Source of the DNA: Azolla caroliniana | Lineage: Eukaryota; Plantae; Polypodiophyta | DNA: 64,000 nt | NCBI GenBank assembly: GCA_043228905.1 | Contig: JBHGNT010000013.1 | Span: 16,492,001 to 16,556,000 of the forward strand | Direction of reading: 5' to 3' | In this document: piece after piece, positions 46,959-60,224 of the stretch | How positions within the stretch are numbered: the stretch's first letter is position 1 | Layout of the letters: each line of letters begins with the position of its first letter | Made by a program: the position numbers and the translations under genes | Notes under the pieces: model-generated | The model's input: only the letters and a program-made list of their open reading frames with translations | What the model was told of the DNA's origin: nothing | Database searches by the model: none

Positions 46959-47364
46959 AGCACACTAATACACAGCCTGAAGTATGTCAGCAAGGTTGGC
47001 AACCGACATTGCTGAAAAAACACCAAGCTTACTCACAGGTTAAAGAGAAAATCATATTCCCAGGCTAGAATAAGTAAATTTATGCAAGAAAATCATTTTT
47101 TTGCTACAGTCTATGTTGTAGATAAAATTTCCTAAACATTCACATGCAACAATTTCCTAAATTCATGCAAGATAAACACTTTTTTACTACACTTTATGTT
47201 GTAGATAAAATTTCCTAAACATTCAGATGCAACAATCAATGCAGAAAATAACATATATGAGGGTTTCATAGTTTATGGGTTTACTTCACAGTTTTTTCCA
47301 TAACCTCTTTTTCTACAAATTTCCTTCCTTACATATTATCTAAAAATCCCATACAGGAAGAGAA

Positions 47365-47720
47365 ACATTGCCGTACATAATTTTCAAACAGGCTGGTAGT
47401 TGAAAATATTTCCACGTAGGAAACATGTTAAAAATGAACAGTAAGCATTGTCATTGAAGGTCCATGAATTTCGATGAGTATACTCTTGACATATTTTCTA
47501 GTTTTATGGTACTGTTTTACTTTAGACAAATATAACTGTTTGACATTGCCGTACATAATTTTCAAACAGGCTGGTAGTTGAAAATATTTCCACATAGGAA
47601 ACATGTTAAAAATGAACAGTAAGCATTGTCATTGAAGGTCCATGAATTTCGATGAGTATACTCTTGACATATTTTCTTGTTTTATGGTACTGTTTTACTT
47701 TAGACAAATGTAACTGTTTG
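47365..47720. repeat. 178-bp near-identical tandem duplication
   Basis: ACATTGCCGTACATAATTTTCAAACAGGCTGG at 47365 and 47543. Confidence 0.9.
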
Positions 47721-49280
47721 TAATAGTAATGAATTTTCTAATTCTTTCATTAGTCAAGAAAAAGATAATGGAACTACAGGATATCTCAACTTTCTTTAAT
47801 TAGTTTCAAATGGCCTCTGGTTCAACGTGCTATATATCTCAGCAAGGAAAATATAGACAATGGTAACATGCTGACAACTAGACAGCAGAATCATTCAAAA
47901 CTATGGATGATGGCAGGAAATCACAAAACTAAAAACTTAAACTCAGACCAAAAAACCCTTACTTGATTGGAACACTATATACATTCTTGAATGTTTGAAA
48001 TAAAGGTACACAAATATTACCTCATTGACTATATTCTTGAGGAGGAGAAGCGATGAATTGTAACAAATGTTGGACAAAAAGGAACCAAGAAAAGCCTGAA
48101 TAAAGAGGTTTTCAAAGATATTCTTTATGCCTAGTTGCAGTTCCATGACAGCCATAGCTAAATCCATACCCAGAAGTTTCCTGGAAAAAGTCAATTTAAA
48201 ATTATAATCTCATAGAATTTCACAAACCAAACGAAGAGGATGAGACAGAACTTGGCTAACTGTTAGATGCAAGTTTACTTTACAAAGCATTTAGAAGCAA
48301 TAATAATCTCGTGGGAAATCCAAAAATCACATTATTTAATATTCAAATAAAGTAGAAGACGACACAATATTTGCTGTAACTAAGTTGCAAATATTCTATG
48401 AAAAACAGACAAAAGGATAACAGTCAAGGAAATTTTTAAATTTTAACAGAAAATCACAAAACGAAAGAGAAGATGGCAAATGTTGGCTAAATAAATGCTG
48501 TGGGTCTGCTATTAAGGCACTCAAAATGCATAATCTTACGAAAATTCAAATTATTTGGACATGGAAATGGATTAACCACACATATCAAAATTTATGAGCC
48601 AACCAAATGAGAATATACGCAGAACTTGGACAAATCTAAGTTGCAGAGTAAATGTAAGACGCAGTCAGCAGGCCTAATATATCACTGAAATTGAGACTTT
48701 TGAACATTAGATGGCAGAAAATCATAGAGTTTGAAATGTAAAGACTGATATGACATAACTAAGCCACATAGCTGAAAACTTGTTGTGAAGGCATTCAGAA
48801 GGTATAATCTACGGATATTTAAAACATATGAATATGGGAATTCAGAGAACACCCAGTTTGATATTCGAAAAAACAAATAAAGGAAAAGATGCAGTAGAAT
48901 CAGGCTAAATGTAGGCTATAAGTTCGCCAGGAAAAAAAAAACAGTCAGAAAGTATAATCTCAACTGAAGTTCGAAAGATTAGAGCAGTGAGAGTGCCGAA
49001 AATCACACAGGTTGAAATGTGAAAGATGGAGCAGAAGATTCACAACTTTTGGCTGAGTTTTGGGCTGAAATCTCATTGAAAAAAAACAAAAAGAGGTTAA
49101 TCGGAAGGAATATCTCTAACCGAGCATTGAAAAAAACTGAGCATACGAATGCAGAAATCAATGCCGAGCAAGGGAGGACATTAAACACAATAGGTCAAAT
49201 TTATTCTCAGTTGAGAAAAGGGGGGGGGGGGGAGAGGAAGCTTGCTTACCAACTGTGGAGGAAACCCTAATTCACTGCAG

Positions 49281-49329
<49 letters not shown>

Positions 49330-51218
49330 CAAAGAAACAGAGGCAGACAGACAGACAGACGCGCGAAAGAATAGTGGCTCTGAGCTTCGTATGAAAGACT
49401 GAGTTTTGGTTTCACACTAGGACGGACAAAACGAGGGGGGGGGGGGGGGTGGGGGGGGGGCAGAGATGGGCACGAGTCTCTCTCCCTCTCTCAACTCACG
49501 TGCTCTCAAACCCCTTTACAAACACATTGTGTACTTACTTACATACTTACTACCCACCACTAGTTGTAGCAGTAGCGTTGGTAATAGATGTCAGTTTGTA
49601 CTACTAACTACTACATATTACCACCACTGCTGCTACTAAGTAGTTGGTCGTACTACCTACTTGTACTCATATCACTCACTTGGATCTTAACGTCAAACAC
49701 ATGCATCTCGAACCCGAGATCGTGTATTGTCCTCTACCCCCCTGCATAACGTACCTGATGCCCCGAGCGCCCCACAACCTCTCTTTGTGTACCTCCATCC
49801 GCAACCTTCGTGCTTGGGGCTTCATAGCATCGCTCCTCTCTGTCGTTGCTCTCCTCCGCACGCACTTGTCGGTTCCCTCGAATCGCAGCATGATCTCCTG
49901 CACACATGCCCGCTTTGTCTAGATTGCAAGCCCAACGAAGTTCGAGTTTATGTGTGACTCGGGTGTTAAAAAATTATTGTTACTGCCTGCCCGTCCCCTC
50001 CTCAATGTTTGTGTTGGTCGCGATGCATGATCTTGTCCATCACCTTGCGGTTTTAGTCAACACGTATTTCCTTCGCAATACATTATGCCATCTTTGGTGG
50101 TGTCTGATGGCATTACCCATGCCTTTGTATTTATGCCACCACGTTTTCCATGATTCCCTTTTTCACAACCATCCTTTATGTTGCATATCTCGATTTTTGT
50201 CCACAAAGCATAAAAAATTTGCAATCATATAGCTTCTTCATTATGCTATCACATAAATAAAATATAAATGTGGGAAAATCCACTACACACAATGCAATCT
50301 TATGTCCCTTTTTGTCTCTTTTGTTATCATTTACATCGAAAGGACAGGTGTGTGTATATATATATATATCCAATGCACTTCATATGTTAACTTTTGTGTA
50401 TAGGTTCTTGGTAGGGGCTTTATGTTTGTGACCATTGTACGAATTTATAAACAAGGCATTCCTTGTTATGCACTAGTAAGGAGGGTTTTCGTAGTTTATG
50501 TGGCCAATGATTTGCAACATTTAACAAACAAATAAAATATATATGACCCGTTATAAAACAAGTTATTTTGAGGATGATTTTGAAGCCATGACTCTATAGC
50601 CTCAACATGCAGCATAGTGTTGATTGAAATACACTCTTACATACCTTCAATATGTTCAATGCCTTCTTTTATAAGGTTTAGCCCATTGTGCTTGCCAACA
50701 ATAAATTACAAGAAGTTATAAATCATATAGTAGATGGTCTTTGTATAGACCTTAATTTACTCTTTATTGTCAAATTTCAATTGTTTATGGAGAGGTAGGT
50801 TTGAACATGACACACAAAATGAGATTTTCAATCCATTACAAACAAGACTTGGTTAAGATGACAAAGTACACTCGTACAATATCTAATATATATAGAGTAC
50901 CATTGATATGATTGATCCACAATTTACGATGTACAATGAATGTCTCATCATATTGAGCTTTGGACCCTTGCTATTCACACATTTACTATTATGTCACATC
51001 ACATACATAAAACTGCCATTGCTCTTGCAATCTTGGAGTGAACTTGATCACAATAGATTACATAGTTCAAATTTAGTATTTTTTCTCGACAAGGATATAT
51101 CATCATATCCCCATAGCATAGTTGCGATTTGGTGAAATTTGGTGGCACAAACAATGCAAACAAGTGTCATACATCCAAAGCAGCAACGGTCGAGTCATTT
51201 AAGCAAATGGAATTATTG

Positions 51219-51262
<44 letters not shown>

Positions 51263-53089
51263 TATTCATGATCCTTCTATGACAATTCACAACATTATAT
51301 TCACCCGAGTCTCGATAATTAACGGTTGTTTGTTTGATGGTGATTGGCCATATTCAACACTTTCAATTGTAGTGACAATATTCTAGTGAGATCTCTCACT
51401 CTCCTATTTTCACTTTCACTCCTACGAGTTTTTAACAATTACAATAGATGAAACAATATACACATATTACAATATACTTTAAGGAAACAATAACCCAAAA
51501 TAATGAATAACTAACATACCTTCATGCACACATCCATGTATAAATACAGTTAGCGTAGCATGGCCACACATTGACTCTTCACCAACCCACTAATCCCACC
51601 ACGCTAGTCATAGCCCATTATGCCATCCTATGCATGGCACACAAATTCATACATCATAGTCATCACAATATGTTGATTGGGGGGTTGTAGTGGGCATATC
51701 CGTTGATAATATTCCCTTCCAAACATTTAAGTTTATGCAAACAAAGTGATATACAATACTTATTGTTGAGTGAAACTAAAAAAGAGCATTTAAGACTTGT
51801 AATTGATTAAAGGTCTAACAATCACTTATCTCTAGCACATTTCTAATGTGAGGTTAAGGAAGCAACTCCACTCACTTGATAGTTACTTCGCCCAAGTTTT
51901 GTGCTTCTCTAATCAACTCGTGAGCTTTACAAGTTAACAACTGGAATACTCACTAAAGAATATGGAATCATGTAATCATGAATATGATCTTTCTACTCTC
52001 TTTGAGAGTTATGATGGGTAATTACTAATACCTATAAAAGTGATACTTATATCTTTAGTCAATGTGTCCCTTTATTGGGAGATGTAATTTTATTTCCAAA
52101 CATGCCCATTTATCTATCCCAAAATTTTTACAAAATCACATGTTTACTTTACATGTCCTCTTTGAACATTAACTAGCACAATACTTCCTTATTTGAATGA
52201 GTTTGATGTTCAAATGCTTGAACAATGATGTCCCACAAATTACCCAATATGCATGCACCATCAAGTGGACAAAGTGACTTGATGCATATGGATAACTTGA
52301 CATGAGGTGGTTCACTTTGGGAAAAAGGTAGTTAGAGTTCCAAACCATCTTTTAGAGAAATGACCATTCTCTAATATGCTCCAAGGAAGATTGCAAATGG
52401 CAATAATAAAAATATGTTTTACCGTGGATAACATGTAGAAATGTCTATCAATGGTCATTCTTCATTTGAAGGGTCCAAAAAAAATGGAAGTGCATAACTT
52501 TTGGTTTGACTTGAAAACCATAGGGGTGAAAACCACTTCATACATAGATGGATTTATGACATCCATGGGGGACCAATCACAATAGATATATTTTCAACAT
52601 CTATGAGAGAACAATTTGTGATCTATGAGATTGGACCTAGCCCATGGCAAGCATCGAACTTAGGTTCTCTCAAATGAATGAATTTGACGATGCAATGTAA
52701 GCCATCATACCTTTACGAGGGGGAAGGAATAATAGTAGACATCTTCACGAATCACATCTATAGCAATTGTGTGGGTTTAGCTAACAATCAAGGATATCTA
52801 CAACGTATATAAAAACACGACTATTAACAAGAAAGACAATGTTCACATGCATGAGCACACGAAGCATCGGAGATATTTAGTTATACATAATAGATGATCG
52901 GGTGGGTGAGTAGCTCCCACGTTGGATCTTGATAAGCGTTTAACTGTCAGATAAAAGTTACTTCCAGTTGGCGATGAAGTTGTTTGCAAGACAGTGTGAA
53001 CATTCGGAAGAAAGGGCACAAGCATGTGTGTGTATGCAAGACTATCTACAATTACGATGGCAACTAAAAACATGAACATTCACCGGGGA

Positions 53090-53478
53090 CATGAGCTGAA
53101 AATTCCAATGAGGTTATTAGGGGGCCGATGTTACGATGATGGCGAGGCGAATTGGACCTCCAAGTGGGAGTGTGCGATTGGTCGATTTAGGGCTCTTCAG
53201 TCTTTTGTACGAATATAGACACACACATACACATACACATACACATACCCATACGCATACACATACGCATACGCACACGCACACGCACACGCACACGCAT
53301 ACACATACATATACGCACACGCACACGCATATGCATATGCATATGAGGTTGAAATTCCAATGAGGTTATCAGGGGGCCGATGTTACGATGATGGCGAGGC
53401 GAATTGAACCTCCAAGTGGGAGTGTGCGATTGGTCGATTTAGGGCTCTTCAATCTTTTGTATGAATATAGACACACAC

Positions 53479-53509
<31 letters not shown>

Positions 53510-53622
53510 TACCCATACGCATACGCATACGCATACGCATACGCACACGCATACACATACATATACGCACACACATACACATACATATACGCATACGCAT
53601 ATGCACACGCATATGCATACGC

Positions 53623-53659
<37 letters not shown>

Positions 53660-53690
53660 TGTGCATATACACATACACACGCACACATTA
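53090..53690. repeat. About 253-bp duplication: a 130-bp unique part plus a (CATACA)n-type microsatellite
   Basis: AAATTCCAATGAGGTTAT.AGGGGGCCGATGTTACG occurs twice, each copy followed by a CA-rich tract. Confidence 0.85.
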
Positions 53691-53874
53691 AAAAAAAAAA
53701 ACAAAAAAACAAAAGGGAATTTTTTGAAAGGCTTCTAACGATGACCCTCCTCCCTCCTCCTGTTCAAAATCGTGTTATTTTTTTTGTTTGTTTATTTTGT
53801 TTGGTCTGATTCTGTGGTGCCCTAGTGTGGCGACAGATCAAAAGCGGTGGCGCGCCAAGCACAGCCAGCGACAG

Positions 53875-53907
<33 letters not shown>

Positions 53908-53913
53908 GCTGCC

Positions 53914-56900
53914 ATGGACTACTTGCAGTCTCAGCAATTGCAGAAGAAGCTGCGCTCTCACATCTCCCCGTCTAACGGCAGAGACCAGCTCCTCGATCGT
54001 AAACCACACTTCCCTGCAGCTGCCCTCGACGGCCTTGCGTCAGGTACTTTCCATCCGTCCATCCATCTTTCTGTCATATGCGTATATGTATAGGTCTACG
54101 CCTCTCGCAGTTATTCTGGTTTAGATTGGTTTTTGCGTGATTTCTTTGGTTTTTTGAACGCTTTGTATATGCGTTTGACCGTCATAGCATCCGTGAGAGC
54201 TTCCCATGCAAAATACATTTCCTTTGGTCATAACAGATATTAGTTTCGTGATTGATCACGTGATTGGCGTTAGACGTGGTGGAGTCTATGCTTTTGGTTT
54301 CATTTCAATCCCAAATTTACGGGACAGATAAAAAGTCTATTCATAAGTGCTCTCTTATCTATGAAGAAATTCATTCATATCCGTAAACTTCCAGACCATT
54401 ATCTCAGCCGCTATTTTATGCTTTCAAGTGACGATTTTGAGAGGCATATCATATTAACCAGTTACAATAATGATAAGAATGGAATTTAGTGTGATGTTTA
54501 CTGGTACTGTGCATATACATGTGGTTGGTTATTAGTTGATGAATTTGAGTGCACACAAATGTTTCCTAAATCGATATAACAACACAAATAATGAAAGTGT
54601 CACCTGTTATAGCGCATAAAATAATTGAATGACCTTAACGACCAAGGTGATTCACTGTTCATAACCAACCAGTATTGTGCATACAAAAATGAATTGACCA
54701 AAAGTCCAACCTGAGAACTGGACAATATTTTAAAATTATGAATATTTGAAAGACTAGCCTGAAGACTGGATGATGATTTAAAACCATGTAGTATTGTGCT
54801 AAACAACATGACTGAGCAAAACCCTTGGTGACATAATTAAAATAATGTAGATTCACTGTTTAGTGTAGTGCATAAACACATGAATGGCGAAAGGCTAAGT
54901 GGTGATTCCAAACTATGTAGTATTGTGTCAAATGACCTAAAATTCGATGATGATGCAGAACCAATGGTTTCTAAATCTAAATAATTCTCTAATTATATTG
55001 TAATAATTAATTCAAGGAGCTGGAATTTATTTAACTTTGAAAGAAATTTTTACAAAGATATAATCCCTAAGACACAGAATAAATGTTTTGTAGCAGACAA
55101 GGAGTCACTTTCAACAGGTGTAGGAAGCAAAACAAAGGCTTGCCTCAAATTCTTCAGGTTTTTAGTCCTTCCACCATAATTAAAATTTCAATTTTTAATT
55201 TATAAATATTGCTTTTAAGCATGAAATCATAAGTTCCTGAGCTGGTAACATTGTAATAATTTAAAATGAAATTTTAAATATATTCAAAATTTGCTCGTGT
55301 AATTTTAGCAGGTGCTCTTGGCTTAGTATTAAATGAAGTTCTATTCTGAATTTCCACTCCCCTACCTCTTTATTGTGGTTTGATTAATGTCAATTATTGT
55401 AATATCACCATTGTGATTGTGTAAATGCATCTTACTCTATGTTACTGTAAGAATCAACATACTGAAGACAAAGAAAGCGTAAAAATAATATTGTACATGT
55501 TTGAACAGATTTTGGACATATTATGCCAAATTTATCATCAAATCTTGAAATAGATAGACAGGTAAGTAGGTATTAGATATACAGATAGATAGGGACATCT
55601 ATTTTCATGTGGTGCTTAGGTTTGGCCAAGCCTTTATGAGCACCCATGTCTTAAGCATGCTAATGTTTTGTTGAATTCTTCATCAATGAGCAATAACAGA
55701 AGAGGGAAACCACATGATCAAAGTCTTCTATTATTTTCTTGCAAACACTTTGAATATTCACGGGTCTGGCTCTGTTTGATCTAGTAATAAATAGTAATGA
55801 TAATACTTGATTGAGAGGAATGGAATGAAAATAGCACAAATATACTTGACATTTATTCCTGATTGGTATGCTTATTAATATACGGTAGTGTGCTTCACAT
55901 AAACTAGATCAATTCCTATTCTATTGATGAACATTTTTAGCAAACAAACTTTTGAAGCTTAGGTCTAGAACAGCTGGTAGGAAACAACTACTAGTGAATA
56001 ATATAAAGAAAATTTCCTAAGCTTAATTTGTCTGTGATTACTGTCCCTTGTTGGATTGCAAATCAACTTCATTCAACATTTAAAGGCAATAAAGTGACTC
56101 TGAAACTGTTCTGTAGAGCACATATTCTCTAAGAATCTTAGAGTTGCATAGCCATTGGTTATCCCAGTGAATCTATGTCCAATTGAGAGATCATGTGCAT
56201 ATAAGTCTGGAAGATTTCTCTAGCATAATATCAATCTGCATGCTTGAAGGGCATCCAAGTTTATAAAAGCCCTATTCCTCTATTTCCTCTATTCCTCTAT
56301 TCCTCTATCCCCATCTCCCTCAACTTAATCAGAAACCTTAATAAAAGAAGAATATGAAAAAGTTATAGTGGAATTGAATAACTTTGCTAGCTCTTGTCTC
56401 TGCACTCTTCTTGTGACTATTTGATAAGAGTACAATGTTCCACTGGATGATTCTGTGAATCTGTAAAAGCCTACATGATTTTGCTAAAAAACTTGCAGAA
56501 ATTCGTTTCCATGCATTTGCCATCCTTTAACCCTGTATATCTTTGGATTCACATGCCACACAATTGGTCTGCAGATCTACTAAACCCATGCTCAAGTATG
56601 AAGGCATATCCCCTGAGTATAGGACAATTGTAGAACTTTTCCATGTCCGTGGAAACCTCACAAACCACAATTTTAATCATGAAAATTAGGAGCTCCACAA
56701 TCATATCTCTGGTATGTATAAAATTTTGAGTAGCTTATACCATAATGATTGTGTTTCTTTCACACGCACAGTTTCTTAATAGCTCTTCTTTCTCTCTAAC
56801 GTATCTGCTGTAAAGTAAGAAATAAGTGGAGAGTAGGCTTAAATGATGCTGATATGCATGGCCACCCTACTACTACAAAGAAGTTTGATATTGTGTGATC

Positions 56901-59100
56901 GACAGAGAGGTAGACTGCTATTTGAAGAGTCACTAAATGTACTGAGAAACCTGCTTCAAAACATATGAATGGATAGTTACAGCCAACAGATTAAAGAGGA
57001 TATTGGCAAAGCTTATACAGCCTGGCAACAAACTTGTGACACACAACATGCTATTCTAGGATGATGTGATGAGTATCGAGAGCTTACAGCTCATTTACAC
57101 AAAAATAAAGAAAAGAATGATGTAGTCTTCACCAAGTAACATATCACCCCGTTTGAAGGCAACTCTTCATTGTTGTTCAAAATCACGTAAGATGATTGCC
57201 CCTTTGGCCGTGTAACAGACATTAGAATTACAATATGAGCTAGGAGGAATGTACATGTATCCCAATGGATAAATTTAGATGCATCTGCTCACACCCTAAC
57301 TTGTGTATAAGTACACCATCTCTGTGCTCAATTTGAATGAAGGGTTGTAGCCTTCCCAAGATCCTATACAGCAATCTCACTCTACCTGATCCTCTTTGGG
57401 GGCTCAGATTGTTTACACCATCTATAACAGGAATCCAACTGTACCCAAAAGCTGGCACAATGAACTATTTGCAAAACATATGCGTGCCAGAGTCGAAGAT
57501 TACCTCTACTTTTCAAAATGTTTGCTTTAAGACCCCTATTTTAGTTGCTCATTGTAGGTTTTAGTGAACTCCAGATGTGCAAGCTTCTCCTTCTCATCAG
57601 CTGCTTGGTATTTGCATGCAGTCCATCTTTGTGATATCTGCACAAGAGCGATGTTGTTGCACAATGAAATGCCTATTTTGAATCTTTGTAAGTCCTGGAG
57701 GCGAAGAAAGTGTTGTACTACATTAATTTCCTCATCTTCAAGCTTCTGGGGCCCTTCATTTTCTGCTTTCTTCAATTTGTAAGCCCGTGGCCCAGTACTT
57801 TTGTAGTCGAGGAAATGCATTCACTTCTAATTTTGTACTTCTTTTAGAGGACCTGGTTGAAGATATCAAAGTACAGTGATCGTCAAATTTTGTAGTATAC
57901 TCCAAGGACCTGTCAACAACATTTTGTATATACTTCTAAGGACTGGGCAAGCAAAATTCTCAATCCTGAGACTAGGAGGTAGTAGCTATAAATAGAACTA
58001 CTAGGAAGAGAGGGATAGCTTTGTCACTATCCTTCACAGGCGAAATATCACTGATGGGGTCCATAGACAATATAAAAGCGATTTTCGTATGGGTTCCAAT
58101 GACAATCACCTATTGTGTAGAGAGAAAGGGGGATTGTGAACTACCTCATCTAAACATTGATTTTGACCACCTGTTAGTGATAGATAGAGAGAGTTTAGGG
58201 TTTAGGGTTTAGAGAATAAGCATTGATTATTCTATATAATATAATATTGTATTTGAAGCTAACGTTGTTTCCTTATCATTTTACAGTACATCGGGATGTC
58301 CATATGGAGAAGATTGCCATTTTGCGCATTATGTGCCTGGTGGTCTAGCATCTGTTGCATTTACTCAGCCAACTTCTCATGTTGTGCGAACTGGGTCCAT
58401 AAAAGGTTCACTGCCTTCTTATCAAGGAGCTGCATTAGATGGCCAAAAACCATGTAAAAGGGTCAACATTGGAACTGCACATCAAGAAAAAGAAATAAGG
58501 AAATTTAACAGCTCTTTCCAAGTTCTGGAGAGGGCTTTGGATGGATTCTCACAAGGGCCATCCACTGAAGGCTACAAGATGAGATTATGCAAGAACCTGC
58601 AGAGTCCAGAAGGCTGTCGATTTGGCGAAAAGTGCTACTTTGCACATGGAGAGGAAGAGGTGAGGAGAGCTAATGGTAGTACAGCTAGCAGCATAAGAGA
58701 GCCAGCAGTTGGTGCCGCTGCATCTTTTGGATCTGTATCAACTGCAAAAATAAGCATAGATGCATCTCTTGCAGGTCTTATAATTGGAAAAGCAGGTACC
58801 AATGCAAAGGCTATATGTAGGGCAACTGGTGCAAAACTCTTTGTGAAGGATCATGAATCAGACTTGAATCTGAGGAATATAGAGATGGAAGGCTCATTTG
58901 ATCAGATTCAACGTGCTAGTACGATGGTAAGAGAATTGCTTGTGCAAATGGATATTACGACAACTAAACCTGGAGGTGTTGGCACACCCAATTTCAAGAC
59001 GAAGTTGTGTGAAAACTTTGCGAAGGGTTCTTGCACATACGGCGATAGATGCCATTTTGCACATGGGTTGGATGAGCTGCGTGTAACGGTTTCTCAGTAA
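53914..59100 (+). CDS. CCCH zinc-finger and KH-domain RNA-binding protein (KHZ/C3H36-C3H52-like), about 334 aa
   Basis: Exons 53914-54043, 55097 (or 55094)-55157 and 58287-59100. Motifs: KTKACLKFFSTSGCPYGEDCHFAH, YKMRLCKN..GCRFGEKCYFAH, KH domain AKISIDASLAGLIIGKAG, and FKTKLCENFAKGSCTYGDRCHFAH. Confidence 0.9.
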
Positions 59101-59183
59101 TTCTGAGTCATGAGTTAGCCATTGCTTTGTATGCACTACTGGATATAATTTCTGATGCAATGCAATTTTAGATTTACGCTGCT

Positions 59184-59249
<66 letters not shown>

Positions 59250-60182
59250 CTTTTATTTCATCATGCTCTGCGTTATTATTTATCTATTTACTTCTCCCAT
59301 GGAAAGTTGCTTTTTCTTCAACATGTTTTTTTTCTCATAATCTATTTAATACAGAAAATTTTAGTCAGGTAAACAGAAAAACAATTAATTTGCAAAGGGG
59401 GTTCCTCTCCTTTATTAAAACATACAAATAAAAAAATCATGTGAAAATCAATGGTAAGAGGATTGCAATGCCAGTGCCATAGCTGAATGTTCTTAGACAT
59501 AATCATACGAGCAAGTATTCCTTCCTATTTTCTCTGATAAATGAGACTTCATTCCACTGAAAGCAACGCATGAAAAGTATATTCTAGCTAGTGATATTGA
59601 CATTTTTGATGGGTTTGAAATGTGGTGTAATGTTTGTTATGTTACAAAAAATAGTCAAGGACCAAGGTGAGGGATTATTTTTTTATGGAAATTCAAGAAC
59701 GTAGCATATTACTGTAGTAGCTTTGTGAAAACACACTATAAGCTTCAAAATTTTGCAAGTAATTGGCACACAAATCTGAGTTGTCAATTTGATCTGTATT
59801 TTAGAATTGACTCTTTATGAAATACACTACCTTGAAATAGATGAGTCGAGCCTTCTAAAACAAATTTGTTATATGCTTGGTAAGTACAATTTATGCTTAA
59901 AGTATGTAAGTGGGTTATTGTGTGTTTTGTAAGCAAAAATGGAGAATTAAAGAATAATGTTGCACGTAACATGACATGTGAAGATACCGACATTGATACA
60001 AAAGAATATTGTGAAGACAAGAGAAAGGGAATGCAATAGGGTTAGTGCAAGATCTTAAATTATTTGATGACCCCAATGTGAAATATGGGATAATCTCTTT
60101 GTAATAGAACTATAAATGTCACTTTTGTGCCTTTCTAGTTTTGGTTCATAATCTTTCGATATTCTCTTCCTTTTTAACCCAA

Positions 60183-60224
<42 letters not shown>

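Noticed and set aside
49530-52850. GC-shifted ORF fragments and AT-rich decayed sequence, possibly Helitron-derived
   Set aside because: No recognisable termini or protein motifs by eye.
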